A DNA stretch of 64,000 nucleotides from Podarcis liolepis. Lineage: Eukaryota. Of this stretch, positions 62,847-64,000 are shown piece by piece. The notes below the pieces were generated by a model. It ran no database searches. It was not told the origin of the DNA and saw only the letters and a program-made list of their open reading frames with translations. Numbering within the stretch: the stretch's first letter is position 1; every line of letters starts with the position of its first letter. The stretch lies in assembly GCA_965112155.1 (NCBI GenBank), contig OZ218103.1, one strand, 5' to 3'. The position numbers and the translations under genes were made by a program.

Positions 62847-64000
62847 AAGTCAACATCAATATAAGCAGACAGAATGCTTTCAAGTAAAGGCTGAATTTTG
62901 TAACATGAATTCATTTCTAAGTCCTATAAGAAAGCAAACCTGGATTGACACCAATGCCTTTCCTTCAGCACCACAGACCCAAGGACCTGAAAAGCCTTTG
63001 CTGTTCATTCAAAGAAAACTTGACTGCAAATAACTATCACATTATAACCACAACTCTCGAGCCTCACAACTGTCCTTATGGGCTGGTGATGAAAATAAGG
63101 TTAGGATGGCTTAAAGGGCAAGTTCAGGGTGTATTATTTTGGCAGAGCCAATTGAGAATACCTAATGTCCTTTAGATAGGGTGTTTATATATCCACCTTT
63201 GAGAGGATAGGGACCTATGTCAGACTCCATTCCTCTTCTTTTCCAAAAGGCCGTGAAAAGGCTGACAGATCAGTTTGCCACCTCTTCTTGTGAAGGGAGA
63301 TTGAATGCAAGAGACATGGTTTTGCACATTCAAAAATAACATGGGCCATAGCTTTCCTTGTTCTCCTCCAGCCATTGACTCTCCTTGGAAGCACTTAATC
63401 TCTTCTGACAACTGTGGTGCCTGAGACTGCTTTGCTGGAGAGGGGTGTTTGTGACATCTTGTTCTAGCCAATGGGCTGAGAGATCTTGAGTTCCGGCTGA
63501 TCGGCCGACTTAGGAGGTCATCAAGCTAATGAGGAACCATCTGGTGCTACTTAGGAAAACATACTTTCTATTTTTATTTTTTGAATTCTGTTTCTCGGTG
63601 TGTGCTGAAACAAGCTATTTCTCTGCCATATTTCACGGTCCTTGGCTATTTGGGCAGTAGTGATCTGTTGCTTGGCAGCAACGTCAACCATAGTTTTTGT
63701 CATCGTCTGGGAAAAGCCTAATTTGGAAAATGGCATACCAGAGGGTGGCTGCCTTCATTCCATGTGCGTCATGGTTAAATCAGAACTGAAAGGCACTTTC
63801 CCATTTTTATTATTTTTGCCACCAGCACCCTACTGAGATGAAACACTTTCCTCTCCCATCCACAGCTGTTGGTACAGAATAGCTATGTTTTCCCTTTGGA
63901 ATTCTTCATTCGGAAACGTGTGATAGTATAGGAAGCCCTGGAGAGAGCTGCCTTCTCATTTTGCTTGCCAGTGGTGTGTTCCCCTTGCAGCCCACCCCCT

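Noticed and set aside
62964-62984. RE1 site TTCAGCACCACAGACCCAAGG
   Set aside because: Only the left half matches; the right half GGACAGCNCC is largely absent

Overview
Vertebrate genomic DNA from a squamate, most likely a lacertid lizard, judging by a full-length Sauria SINE and Squam3-like SINEs. It carries the conserved GPR61 - GNAI3 - GNAT2 block. GPR61 is a single coding exon (6819-8183, +). GNAI3 is complete, with 8 coding exons (21562-42656, +, 354 aa), a CpG-island promoter and a 3'UTR intron. Cone transducin GNAT2 lies tail-to-tail on the minus strand; coding exons 2-8 span 46971-54942, and I could not find exon 1 in the remaining ~9 kb. The rest is intronic or intergenic DNA dense in hAT and Tc1/mariner-type MITEs (several with intact TSDs), SINEs, CR1/L2 fragments and microsatellites. 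I found no convincing new gene system. The best leads are regulatory: an RE1/REST site and a uORF-dense leader at GPR61, divergent CTCF-like sites between GPR61 and GNAI3, ZNF143-type motifs shared by the GNAI3 promoter and a local MITE family, and the absent GNAT2 exon 1. Comparisons with human or repeat consensus sequences are from memory, not database searches.
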